DNA of 56,484 bases from an uncultured bacterium (GCA_903821355.1 CAIJKW010000039.1:1-56484); one strand, 5' to 3'. Positions 34,048 to 42,106 are shown, counted from the first letter of the stretch. The notes: a model not told the origin generated them from the letters alone. Made by a program: numbers and translations.

Positions 34048-34328
34048 GCGAATTATACAATCAAATGGCGAAGATGCAGGAGGAGACGCTAAAATCTTTT
34101 AAGCCTAAAAACACCGAGCCAGAATTTTTTAGCTTGTGGTCATTAAGACAATTACAAGATGAATGTGCAAGGTTAAATCAAGTCATTAAAGAAGCTTCAG
34201 AATTAACTTGGAAACTTGATAAAACCTTTGAGGGTAACGAGGTAGAAAAGTGTGTTTTGTGTGGCAAAAGAATAGCCCAAGAAAATAGTAATGTTTGTAA
34301 AAATTGTGGTAAAACTTTACCATATTAA
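34044..34328 (+). CDS. small protein with a C-terminal zinc ribbon
   Basis: 94 aa. CVLCGK...CKNCGK. Confidence 0.5.
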   Translation: MSELYNQMAKMQEETLKSFKPKNTEPEFFSLWSLRQLQDECARLNQVIKEASELTWKLDKTFEGNEVEKCVLCGKRIAQENSNVCKNCGKTLPY

Positions 34329-34340
34329 AAAGGAGTAAAA

Positions 34341-34541
34341 ATGGAAGAATTAAAAGACTATGGACTTGCGATTGAGGTTGAGAAGATAGCAAAGGCGATT
34401 GACGGAGACACAATAGATCAAACCTATGGCTTCTGCACTTATTGTGAAGCTGAAGAATTAAACGAGATATTAAAAGCCAATGACGGATTGTGCAGCCACT
34501 GTGCTGACGCTCAAGATATGGACTGGAGAGAGGCAAGATGA
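34341..34541 (+). CDS. small zinc-ribbon protein
   Basis: 66 aa. CTYCEAEE...CSHCAD. RBS is AAAGGAG. Confidence 0.5.
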   Translation: MEELKDYGLAIEVEKIAKAIDGDTIDQTYGFCTYCEAEELNEILKANDGLCSHCADAQDMDWREAR

Positions 34542-34738
34542 AACTAACGACTTGTTTTATCTGTCAAAAAGTCTATGAAGATAGCTTCGTTGAATGGACA
34601 ACGATAAAAACCGAACAAGGCGAAGCTCTCTTTTTGGTATGTAAAAAATGTCTTGCCGAGATTGCTAAAAACTCGAAGATAAAAACCGAGCAAGAGCTGG
34701 CGAGGGAAGCGATTAAAAATGGCACAGCGAGATTCTAA
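34538..34738 (+). CDS. small zinc-ribbon protein
   Basis: 66 aa. CFICQK...CKKC. ATGA overlap with the upstream gene. Confidence 0.5.
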   Translation: MKLTTCFICQKVYEDSFVEWTTIKTEQGEALFLVCKKCLAEIAKNSKIKTEQELAREAIKNGTARF

Positions 34739-34834
34739 CCTGAAGCATCTTACTAAAAAAATATAAACTAAAAATAGCTATGCTAAAACATTATTACAAA
34801 TTAGAGAGAGTGGAAAAGAAAAGATAAGTAATTA

Positions 34835-34854
34835 TTGACACAATGTGATATAAT
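34835..34854 (+). promoter_or_regulatory. second early/middle promoter (extended -10)
   Basis: TTGACACAAtgTGATATAAT, 18 nt upstream of the RBS AAAGGAG of the next gene. Confidence 0.5.
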
Positions 34855-34871
34855 GTAATTAAAGGAGTGAT

Positions 34872-35222
34872 ATGAAAAAGATGACAACAAAAGAAAAAGA
34901 AGAAGTCCGGAAACATCTCAAAGCTAAAGGCTGGGCAAAGGAAAAGTATGAGGATTATCTCTCAATGGATTTAATGATCCCATTATGTTCGGATTGTAAA
35001 AAAGAGCTTCGGTTTTGGCGAGAAGAATTTACGACCATAAACAACGAAGATATCTGTATGGCTTGTGCAGTTAAAAGAGAAAGAGCCTTGCTAAAATCTC
35101 AAGATGAAGCATTTAAATCTAAGCTTTCAAGTGATGAGATAAAAAGCATTGAGGGCTTTAAATTGAGCGAATTATCAGAAGAACAAATTAACAAGATTAA
35201 AGAAATCTTAAAGGAGAATTAA
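34872..35222 (+). CDS. small protein with a zinc ribbon
   Basis: 116 aa. CSDCKK...CMAC. Confidence 0.5.
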   Translation: MKKMTTKEKEEVRKHLKAKGWAKEKYEDYLSMDLMIPLCSDCKKELRFWREEFTTINNEDICMACAVKRERALLKSQDEAFKSKLSSDEIKSIEGFKLSELSEEQINKIKEILKEN

Positions 35223-35455
35223 TGACAGTTGAAGAACTAGCAAAAGATTTAGGCGTAAACTACCACCACGCTTACAATATGATTGCAAAATGTAAGCATT
35301 GTGGAAACTCGGTTTTAAAGGGTGGTAAAAATCCTTGTACCTGTGGGAAAAAAGAACCGTTTATTCACGCTTTTGATATTGGTCGAAAGACAACATCAGA
35401 GTGGCGGATCGAAGAAAAAGAAGTTGAAAGATATAAAAAGGAGAGAATGTTATGA
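35222..35455 (+). CDS. HTH (excisionase/MerR-like) DNA-binding protein with a Cys cluster
   Basis: 77 aa. MTVEELAKDLGVNYHHAYNMI followed by CKHCGN..C.C. Confidence 0.5.
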   Translation: MTVEELAKDLGVNYHHAYNMIAKCKHCGNSVLKGGKNPCTCGKKEPFIHAFDIGRKTTSEWRIEEKEVERYKKERML

Positions 35456-35811
35456 ACGAGTTAAAGTCATTATCGTCACCGGAAATAGATCATCTCTTAA
35501 TCTCTTTGCCCAGCTTGATAGCAAGAGAAGAAGAAATCTTAGGGAATATAAAATCTGACTTAAACGAAAAAGAAGCCTTGTATGAATTAGAGTACAGCCA
35601 GTCAATTAACAAGACCGAAAAAACAAGCGAGGATAGACGAAAGGCTGAAGCGATTATAAACACAGCCGATATTAAGGGAGAGATTTTACTCTTGGATAGA
35701 AAGTACCGGACTCAAATAGCCGAGTATCATAAATTATTAAATAAAAATTCAAATGCGGTGGAGATTGCTCGAAATAAACGAGCCGAGATAAAAGCAAGTA
35801 TCGAAATGTAA
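35452..35811 (+). CDS. hypothetical coiled-coil protein
   Basis: 119 aa. ATGA overlap with the upstream gene. Confidence 0.45.
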   Translation: MNELKSLSSPEIDHLLISLPSLIAREEEILGNIKSDLNEKEALYELEYSQSINKTEKTSEDRRKAEAIINTADIKGEILLLDRKYRTQIAEYHKLLNKNSNAVEIARNKRAEIKASIEM

Positions 35812-35821
35812 AGGGGGAAAG

Positions 35822-36796
35822 ATGGAAAAGTTTAGTTTAGAAAGTATCTGGAACGACACTTTGGCAAAACCGAAGAGACTTCCAAAAGAAAGAGACTACA
35901 TTTACGCATCAGAAATGGGTAAGCCATTTTACGAAAGGTGGCTTTCAATGAAGGGAACGACTCCTTCAAATCCATTAGAAGCGAGAGTCCTGAGAAAAAT
36001 GGCAACTGGACTTTGGTTTGAGGATATGATTGGTTATATCTTAGAACAAATTGGTATCTTACAAGAAAAACAATTTGAAGCGAAGATGCCAGAGACTAAA
36101 GATCTAATCGCAGTTAGTGGTCGAGGAGACTATATTGCCGGTGGGATATCAAATTGGAACGAAGCCAGGGAGAGAGTTAAAAATGCCCACTTCCCTGAAT
36201 TTGTGGAAGAAGTTTCTCTAAAATTGGTTGACTACTTTGAGCAGAAGCACCCTAAAGGCTTAATGTCCATTCCATACGAAATCAAGTCTGTCAATTCACA
36301 GGTCTTTTGGGCTAAGAAAGACTATTTAGAGGAGGCTTATCCACATCATACTCTCCAGTTATACACATACCTTAAAGCCTTAGATTTAAAGGGAGAAAAA
36401 TATCCTCTTGGCCGGCTTATGTACATCTCCAAAGATGATCTAACAATTAAGGAAATGGACATAAATTACCCAGATGAAAGATTAGAGAAAGTCTGGAATG
36501 ATGACCGACAACAAATGAGTGATTACTGGCTAAAACAAGAACAGCCACCACTCCCAGATATGATAGTCTTTGACAAACGAGGAAAGATAAACTTCCAAGT
36601 AAACAAAATCAAATACCAAATTATTGGTTGCTACAAGGACAACTGGATGGTCAAGTGGTCACAATATCTAACCGAAATGACAGGCTTTAAAACTGAAGAT
36701 GATTGGCTTGATTCACTTAAACCTGAACTTAAACTAAAGAACGATGATATCAAAGAAAAATATATCTTCGACCATAAATTAAAGGAGGAGAAATGA
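35822..36796 (+). CDS. PD-(D/E)xK family nuclease (recombination exonuclease-like)
   Basis: 324 aa. GRGDYIAGG ... PYEIKSV gives a D...E-x-K arrangement. Sits in the replication/recombination block. Confidence 0.45.
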   Translation: MEKFSLESIWNDTLAKPKRLPKERDYIYASEMGKPFYERWLSMKGTTPSNPLEARVLRKMATGLWFEDMIGYILEQIGILQEKQFEAKMPETKDLIAVSGRGDYIAGGISNWNEARERVKNAHFPEFVEEVSLKLVDYFEQKHPKGLMSIPYEIKSVNSQVFWAKKDYLEEAYPHHTLQLYTYLKALDLKGEKYPLGRLMYISKDDLTIKEMDINYPDERLEKVWNDDRQQMSDYWLKQEQPPLPDMIVFDKRGKINFQVNKIKYQIIGCYKDNWMVKWSQYLTEMTGFKTEDDWLDSLKPELKLKNDDIKEKYIFDHKLKEEK

Positions 36797-36975
36797 ATTA
36801 CGAAGAAATAAAGAAAATGAACGCAGTGGCTCAGGAAATTTATGAAAAAAGGCTTTCAGTGATTGCAGAACCAGTCTGTGAAGTGGTTTCGGCGAGAAGT
36901 ACTATTCTAAGGATGATAGCATTAGGATATATCCAGGGGTATGAGGATGGTAAAAAAGTAAAGGAGGAAAGATGA
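36793..36975 (+). CDS. hypothetical protein
   Basis: 60 aa, with overlapping stop/start on both sides. Confidence 0.4.
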   Translation: MNYEEIKKMNAVAQEIYEKRLSVIAEPVCEVVSARSTILRMIALGYIQGYEDGKKVKEER

Positions 36976-37241
36976 GTGAAGAAATTGATAGAGAAAAATG
37001 TAGGGTCCGTCTTACAAAGATATTGGACGATGAACATATTGATAAGTATGCCCACATTATGAGAATTATAGATGACATATTTATAGTGACTGAAAATAAC
37101 AAAGACCAGTTAGTTAGAGAGATAGAGCAATGGTGGGACAAAACCAATAAAGAACAAAATAGATTAGGGGATATCACAACCAATATCGTTTGTATCAACA
37201 GAGAAACAATCCCAGCTATAATTAGAGAGGAGAAGAAATGA
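36972..37241 (+). CDS. hypothetical protein
   Basis: 89 aa, translationally coupled to its neighbours. Confidence 0.4.
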   Translation: MSEEIDREKCRVRLTKILDDEHIDKYAHIMRIIDDIFIVTENNKDQLVREIEQWWDKTNKEQNRLGDITTNIVCINRETIPAIIREEKK

Positions 37242-37450
37242 ACACTCAATGTAAAAAAATCTTAGACCTATTATCGGATGGAAAAGAACACGCCAGCATA
37301 GATATTAGAGAAAATCTATACATCGTCATGGTGGCAACGAGAATTTGGGACTTGAAACAAAAAGGTTATGACATTGTAAAAGAAATGAAACCTTATCATA
37401 ACGGAGCGAGTGTAGCATGGTATAAATTAAACGAAAGGAGTTCAAAATGA
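37238..37450 (+). CDS. small winged-helix-like DNA-binding protein
   Basis: 70 aa. KKILDLLSDGKEHASIDIRENL...ATRIWDLKQKGYDI resembles a wHTH. Confidence 0.4.
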   Translation: MNTQCKKILDLLSDGKEHASIDIRENLYIVMVATRIWDLKQKGYDIVKEMKPYHNGASVAWYKLNERSSK

Positions 37451-38031
37451 ACTTTCCAGACATCCCAGAATCAGGCTCAAATTACATGAGTTTAGAATCT
37501 GGAGAAAACAGAATCAGAATCTTAGGTGAGCCAATCTTCGGGATTGAGTATTGGACACCAGAAAAAAAACCTATTCGGGTTAGATGGTTTGACCGAGAAA
37601 CAATTAACCCTGCAACTCCAGGAGCAGACAAGCAAAAATACTTCTGGGCATTACCTGTATGGAATTATCAAACAGGACGAGTCAATGTTTTAGAACTTAC
37701 CCAGAAAACGATTATGAAAGCAATTAAAGCTCTCTCAGACGACGAAGAGTGGGGAGATGCAACTAAGTACGATATCGTTATCAATCGTACTGGAGAGTCT
37801 CTAAACACCGAATACGCGGTTACACCCAAAATACCAAAAGAATTACCTGCCGAAGCTAAAAATGTTTGGGCTTCAGTTAAAGGGACTTTAGTCCTTGATG
37901 CAATCTTTACCGGTGGAGATCCCTTTGGTGGAACAGAAGTCCCTGAAGTGGAAGAAAAAACAGAGAAGATTGCCGAGGAAGTTTCAGAAGCAGCCGCAGA
38001 AGAAATTGACATATCAGGTATTGACTTCTAA
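37447..38031 (+). CDS. putative single-stranded DNA-binding protein
   Basis: 194 aa. The acidic C-terminal tail ends EEVSEAAAEEIDISGIDF, like the SSB and T7 gp2.5 tails. Adjacent to the replication organiser. Confidence 0.45.
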   Translation: MNFPDIPESGSNYMSLESGENRIRILGEPIFGIEYWTPEKKPIRVRWFDRETINPATPGADKQKYFWALPVWNYQTGRVNVLELTQKTIMKAIKALSDDEEWGDATKYDIVINRTGESLNTEYAVTPKIPKELPAEAKNVWASVKGTLVLDAIFTGGDPFGGTEVPEVEEKTEKIAEEVSEAAAEEIDISGIDF

Positions 38032-38141
38032 AAATAAAAAGATTAAAATTAAATTGTTGAATTGAGCAACATAAACAAGAACATATACAACGTCCCTCAG
38101 GTGCTCAATTCGCCTGAGGGATATTGTGTATAAGAGGGGAA

Positions 38142-38936
38142 ATGAAAAAAGAAAAGGGTCCATATATTTACCTATATCGAAAGATTCTCAAAAATGAGCC
38201 ACTATTGAGAGATCATACTGCCTTTGGTGTTTTTATTTGGCTACTTCTAAGGGCTGATTATAAAACAGGAAAAGTTGAAACGGGCAGATTTGTTGGGGCT
38301 CACGATTTAGGATTAAAACCAACTACCTTTTATCAAGCAATTCGTCGGTTGACAACGAAACACGAATTGGTTGACACCTCTAGTGACAACAGATTTACCT
38401 CAATTACAATCTTAAATTGGAACGATTTTCAAGGCAGTGATGACACCAGCGTTGACACCATATTGACAACAGAGAGACATCAAAATGACACTATACAAGG
38501 AATTAAAGGAATTAAGGAATTAAAGAAAGAGAATATAGAGATGAATACATCTCTTGTCGAAACCAAAAAGGTTTACGACTTGTTTGTTGATAAATTTGAT
38601 AAAAATCCTAATTTATACAAACTCACCACTAAGAGAAAGCTAAAAATTAAGGCAAGGCTAAAGGACTGTGGTTTTTCCTTAATTGAATCGGCAATTAAAA
38701 ACCTTTCGTCCTCGGCGTGGCATCGTGGCGACAACGATAGGGGGTGGGTCGCTGACTTAGATTTTATCCTGCGGTCTTATGAACAGGTTGAAAAATGGGC
38801 TAATAATGCACCTATTAAGCAAATGGCCTCAGATGGAATGGTCTACGACAACCCGAAACAAAAAGAAGAAAGAGAAAAATATCTATCAAAGTTAAAATTA
38901 GAAAAGGAGGCACAGAATGGAACCAGAAATAAATAA
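38142..38936 (+). CDS. replication initiator/organiser-like protein (N-terminal wHTH)
   Basis: The track ORF starts at TTG 38124; ATG 38142 with RBS AGAGGGGA is preferred. YIYLYRKILKNEPLLRDHTAFGVFIWLLLRADYKTGKVETGRF..GLKPTTFYQAIRRL is typical of phage replication-protein N-termini. Confidence 0.5.
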   Translation: MKKEKGPYIYLYRKILKNEPLLRDHTAFGVFIWLLLRADYKTGKVETGRFVGAHDLGLKPTTFYQAIRRLTTKHELVDTSSDNRFTSITILNWNDFQGSDDTSVDTILTTERHQNDTIQGIKGIKELKKENIEMNTSLVETKKVYDLFVDKFDKNPNLYKLTTKRKLKIKARLKDCGFSLIESAIKNLSSSAWHRGDNDRGWVADLDFILRSYEQVEKWANNAPIKQMASDGMVYDNPKQKEEREKYLSKLKLEKEAQNGTRNK

Positions 38937-39192
38937 AAATGGAGACGTGGTGGTTGAGTGGGTTAAGCAAGAGTTCCCATCAGGAAAGGCAGATTTAAAA
39001 CAAGATATTGGGTCATATAAATTTTTATATAGTTTTGGAAAAACAAAAGTTTTGGCTTTTAAAAGACCAGTATATAAAAACGAGACATTCTTACCCGAAC
39101 AAATAACAAGGGTGATAGACCCTGAAGAACTAGATAGGTTAGAAAGAATAGACGACAACAAACCATGGGAGAAATTAAATGGAAATATTTAA
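38917..39192 (+). CDS. hypothetical protein
   Basis: 91 aa. RBS AAAGGAGG. Confidence 0.45.
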   Translation: MEPEINKNGDVVVEWVKQEFPSGKADLKQDIGSYKFLYSFGKTKVLAFKRPVYKNETFLPEQITRVIDPEELDRLERIDDNKPWEKLNGNI

Positions 39193-39370
39193 ACCAATCA
39201 AGCCGGATTTTCTAAAATGCATAAAAGAAAAAGATTTTAGCTCAATATCGGTAGTAACAAATATTTCAAAAGAACTAAACAATAATTTATTAGAAGAAAG
39301 AGAACTTTTGACAATAGAAAATGAAGGAGTAGAGTTAGGAGAGGAGGAAGATGGATCACTATCAGGATGA
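39179..39370 (+). CDS. hypothetical protein
   Basis: 63 aa with an acidic C-terminus. Confidence 0.4.
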   Translation: MEIFKPIKPDFLKCIKEKDFSSISVVTNISKELNNNLLEERELLTIENEGVELGEEEDGSLSG

Positions 39371-39494
39371 ATCAAAACTAGGCTGTGCAGGGTGGGCGAT
39401 TGCTTTCCTGATAGTCTTTGCCCTATGTGCTATCTTCATAAATTATCTTATCTCAGCGATGATTTGGATTAGTATAAATTTCGTACAAAAGTAA
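39351..39494 (+). CDS. small membrane protein (47 aa, below the track cut-off)
   Basis: RBS GGAGGAAG. MDHYQDESKLGCAGWAIAFLIVFALCAIFINYLISAMIWISINFVQK contains two hydrophobic segments. Confidence 0.4.
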   Translation: MDHYQDESKLGCAGWAIAFLIVFALCAIFINYLISAMIWISINFVQK

Positions 39495-39503
39495 GGAGGA
39501 AAG

Positions 39504-39532
39504 ATGAGTAAGTCGGGCTTAGATAAAGTAAA
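39504..39532 (+). repeat. 29-bp direct repeat, left copy (the first 29 nt of the methyltransferase gene)
   Basis: ATGAGTAAGTCGGGCTTAGATAAAGTAAA, identical to 40205-40233. Confidence 0.95.
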
Positions 39533-40208
39533 CCAGATAATATGTGGCGATTGCTTAGAGGTGTTAAAGACCCTTCCTGACAATAGCGTGGATTTGGTAG
39601 TCACTTCACCACCTTATAATCTTGGGAACGACCATCATACTGGTAATATCAAGCACAAAACCTATGACGATAACCTACCAGAAGCAGAATATCAGAAACA
39701 GCAAGTAGAGGTTCTTACCGAAATATTCAGGATTCTCAAAGATACTGGTTCGGTGATGTATAACCACAAAAATAGGATAAAAGAAGGGAAACAGATAACG
39801 CCTTATGAGTGGTTGCTAAAAACACCTTTCACTATCAAGCAGGAGTTAGTTTGGTTCAATGGGTCGCAGAACTTTGACAAGATAAGGTTTTACCCAATGA
39901 CCGAAAGAGTTTACTGGTTGGCAAAAAGTCCCAAGACAAAACTTGATAACACAATTAACCACCACGACCTATTCAAGTGGACAGCAGTAGGAACTTCTGG
40001 AGAGCATAAAAGAGCGTTCCCTGAAAGTATGGTGGCAGACTTCTTGGCAGTATTCCCTGACGCAAAGGTAGTCCTTGACCCTTATATGGGAAGTGGCACA
40101 ACAGCGAAAGTGGCAAAGGAAATGGGTCGCCAATACATAGGGATAGAACTTAACCCAAAGTTTATAGCGATGGCGGAACAAAAACTAAGACAGGAGGTTT
40201 TATTATGA
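39504..40208 (+). CDS. DNA methyltransferase (beta-class N4-C/N6-A, SPPY motif)
   Basis: 234 aa. VVTSPPYNLG (motif IV) lies N-terminal and DPYMGSGTTAKVAKEMGRQYIGIEL (motif I) lies C-terminal. Confidence 0.85.
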   Translation: MSKSGLDKVNQIICGDCLEVLKTLPDNSVDLVVTSPPYNLGNDHHTGNIKHKTYDDNLPEAEYQKQQVEVLTEIFRILKDTGSVMYNHKNRIKEGKQITPYEWLLKTPFTIKQELVWFNGSQNFDKIRFYPMTERVYWLAKSPKTKLDNTINHHDLFKWTAVGTSGEHKRAFPESMVADFLAVFPDAKVVLDPYMGSGTTAKVAKEMGRQYIGIELNPKFIAMAEQKLRQEVLL

Positions 40209-40233
40209 GTAAGTCGGGCTTAGATAAAGTAAA
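40205..40233 (+). repeat. 29-bp direct repeat, right copy (overlaps the methyltransferase stop)
   Basis: ATGAGTAAGTCGGGCTTAGATAAAGTAAA, then GGAGGAAAGATGA. It encodes only a 13-codon remnant, MSKSGLDKVKEER. Confidence 0.95.
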
Positions 40234-40242
40234 GGAGGAAAG

Positions 40243-40383
40243 ATGATAGCTACTTGTCCGAGATGTAAAACACAATATAATTATGCTACCAAAAAAGTAT
40301 GTCCACAATGTTATGGTTATACAAGGACTTATCCATACATAGAGGGTTCAACATATAAACCAAAAGTAAAGGAGGAAAGATGA
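40243..40383 (+). CDS. small zinc-ribbon protein (46 aa)
   Basis: RBS AAGGAGGAAAG. MIATCPRCKTQYNYATKKVCPQCYGYTRTYPYIEGSTYKPKVKEER. Confidence 0.45.
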   Translation: MIATCPRCKTQYNYATKKVCPQCYGYTRTYPYIEGSTYKPKVKEER

Positions 40384-40541
40384 AAACTTGGAACACAGCA
40401 TCGTGGAGTGAGCAAGATTGGACTGAGCCTATTCAAAAGATAGACTGGTTACACCCAGATTATTCTATTAGCTTAGTCTCTTCGCCAGGAGAGAAAAATT
40501 ATTCATTTAACGAGGAATTACTTAAAGGAGGTATAAAATGA
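40380..40541 (+). CDS. hypothetical small protein (53 aa)
   Basis: Same AAGGAGGAAAGATGA junction. MKTWNTASWSEQDWTEPIQKIDWLHPDYSISLVSSPGEKNYSFNEELLKGGIK. ATGA overlap with the next gene. Confidence 0.4.
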   Translation: MKTWNTASWSEQDWTEPIQKIDWLHPDYSISLVSSPGEKNYSFNEELLKGGIK

Positions 40542-41083
40542 ACATAGACGAATATATATCAAAGTTTATTAAACAAGACATCTACATCTTAACTGATAAA
40601 GATGTTAAAGGATTGATTAAACTAATAGAATCACTAGTAGAGCGTGAAATTAAAAAAACACGTCCGACTGGGTTTGAAGACCACAACTTTAGGGTGGATT
40701 CTACTGGTTGGGAAAAAGAAGGAGAGTATCTCGTAAACAAAACTAAGGATATTTGGGAATTAACTGACGAGGGATATGAGGGAGAGCAATTATTCACCTG
40801 GTCAGAGGCTATGCGAGAAACCAAAAAAGCCAAGAAGCGAATGCCCACAGATAAAGAATTTACCAAATTACTTAAAACAAAAAAGGATATGCCCAACTTA
40901 GTGTATGCAGGCTACGGCTACGGTGGTTCCTGGGACCTTCTTGGTTCGGCCGGGCACTTTTGGTCTAGCTCGCAGAATGTTGTGTCTGCCTGGTATCGGT
41001 ACCTGAATCTCTCGGGCGCTCAGGTGTACCGGTACGCTGGTGGCAAGGCGAACGGTTTCTCGGTGCGATGCCTCAAAAATTAG
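40538..41083 (+). CDS. protein with a C-terminal FISUMP (Fibrobacter succinogenes major paralogous)-like domain
   Basis: 181 aa. LFTWSEAMRETKKAKKRMPTDKEFTKLL ... GYGYGGSWDLLGSAGHFWSSS ... GFSVRCLKN matches the lPT..EW..L ... YWSS ... SVRC pattern. Confidence 0.55.
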   Translation: MNIDEYISKFIKQDIYILTDKDVKGLIKLIESLVEREIKKTRPTGFEDHNFRVDSTGWEKEGEYLVNKTKDIWELTDEGYEGEQLFTWSEAMRETKKAKKRMPTDKEFTKLLKTKKDMPNLVYAGYGYGGSWDLLGSAGHFWSSSQNVVSAWYRYLNLSGAQVYRYAGGKANGFSVRCLKN

Positions 41084-41161
41084 TTTCAGTATATGGCGAT
41101 TCAAGTCGCCATTTATCTGCAACTAAGCAGGGTTCTTTCACAATTAGTTAGAGGAGGAGAA

Positions 41162-41323
41162 ATGTACACTGTAATCAAGCACGATAACAAGGAACTTCTG
41201 TTCGTTATCTGCCCTAAGTGTGGTTACTACACCCATCTCAACAAAGACAAAAGGAATCTTGCCTCCCAGGTTCTCAACCTGGAACAGTGCAAGGACTGCG
41301 GCATGTATTTCAGGGTGAAGTGA
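41162..41323 (+). CDS. small zinc-ribbon protein, paralogue 1 of a tandem trio
   Basis: ATG 41162 with RBS AGAGGAGGAG is preferred over the track start 41093. MYTVIKHDNKELLFVICPKCGYY...CKDCGMYFRVK. Confidence 0.5.
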   Translation: MYTVIKHDNKELLFVICPKCGYYTHLNKDKRNLASQVLNLEQCKDCGMYFRVK

Positions 41324-41499
41324 TGGACTTCTCAGATGAAACAGGGGTGTATGTCGCTATCGAATACAAGAATAAATTCTATCAATTCATCATGTGTCCG
41401 TTCGACCACGAATTGACTATGATTACTGGAAAAAAGAAACATCTCAAGGTGCATGTTTGCTGGAAGTGTGGTTCACACTTCATTGAGCCAGGGAGGTGA
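41323..41499 (+). CDS. small zinc-ribbon protein, paralogue 2
   Basis: TGATG overlap with paralogue 1. MDFSDETGVYVAIEYKNKFYQFIMCPFDHELTMITGKKKHLKVHVCWKCGSHFIEPGR. Confidence 0.5.
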   Translation: MDFSDETGVYVAIEYKNKFYQFIMCPFDHELTMITGKKKHLKVHVCWKCGSHFIEPGR

Positions 41500-41502
41500 A
41501 TT

Positions 41503-41672
41503 GTGAAGCCCACTCAACTTATCAGAGTTCAAGGTGAGTTAGTAATCGCAGCAGTTTGCCCTTTTGCCATAACTGGTGTCTAATCTGGGACAAGCAACTC
41601 GTTCTTTTTTACTGGTGTCACGCTTGTAAGGGGTGGTTTTATACCTACTCACTGAAAGCGAGGTGGTGGTGA
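41503..41672 (+). pseudogene. paralogue 3 of the zinc-ribbon trio, interrupted by a frameshift at about 41580
   Basis: GTG 41503 after GGGAGG gives VKPTQLIRVQGELVIAAVCPFAITGV-TAA (41581). The -1 frame continues (L)IWDKQLVLFYWCHACKGWFYTYSLKARWW and ends in a TGATG overlap with the next gene at 41672. Confidence 0.45.
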
Positions 41673-41917
41673 TGGATAAGATAGAAAACTATTACTTGCC
41701 AGTAGACGCACTCCAACAAGTTCTCATCGCTGTCATCTTCGTTGACGATAACGATGGGGACTACGAGAAGATGATGAGAGTTATCATTACCGAAATGAGA
41801 GCCTCTGGTATGCACAGCGACGCTGTGAGCTGGGGCTTCTCCCAAGGTAACGGAATCATCGCTGTCTACAAGAAGACGCCCCTGCTAGATATTTGGGGAC
41901 ACCTACATTCGTGCTAG
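41672..41917 (+). CDS. hypothetical protein
   Basis: ATG 41672 (MDKIENYYLPVDALQQVLIAVIFVDDNDGDYEKMMRV...) is preferred over GTG 41633. Confidence 0.45.
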   Translation: MDKIENYYLPVDALQQVLIAVIFVDDNDGDYEKMMRVIITEMRASGMHSDAVSWGFSQGNGIIAVYKKTPLLDIWGHLHSC

Positions 41918-41924
41918 AAATCGG

Positions 41925-41965
41925 TTGACAATGGGTTTACAAGGATTGAAATGGGTTTACAAGGA
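41925..41965 (+). repeat. tandem duplication TTGA(C)AATGGGTTTACAAGGA x2
   Basis: Copies at 41925-41945 and 41946-41965 are identical apart from a 1-nt indel. The second copy supplies the AAGGAGG RBS of the next ORF. Confidence 0.9.
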
Positions 41966-41971
41966 GGAAAA

Positions 41972-42106
41972 ATGGAACGGCATTGGGCATGTGGTTGTCC
42001 GATAGGTTCAAAGACTTGTGCCTATCAGAATCCACCCAAAGAACCCAAGAAAGACCCTCAGACTACTGGCTTCGGCTGGTGGTGGTATCTCTGCGGAGGT
42101 AAGTGA
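41972..42106 (+). CDS. small Cys/Trp-rich protein (44 aa)
   Basis: RBS AAGGAGG. MERHWACGCPIGSKTCAYQNPPKEPKKDPQTTGFGWWWYLCGGK. The stop overlaps the next start. Confidence 0.35.
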   Translation: MERHWACGCPIGSKTCAYQNPPKEPKKDPQTTGFGWWWYLCGGK

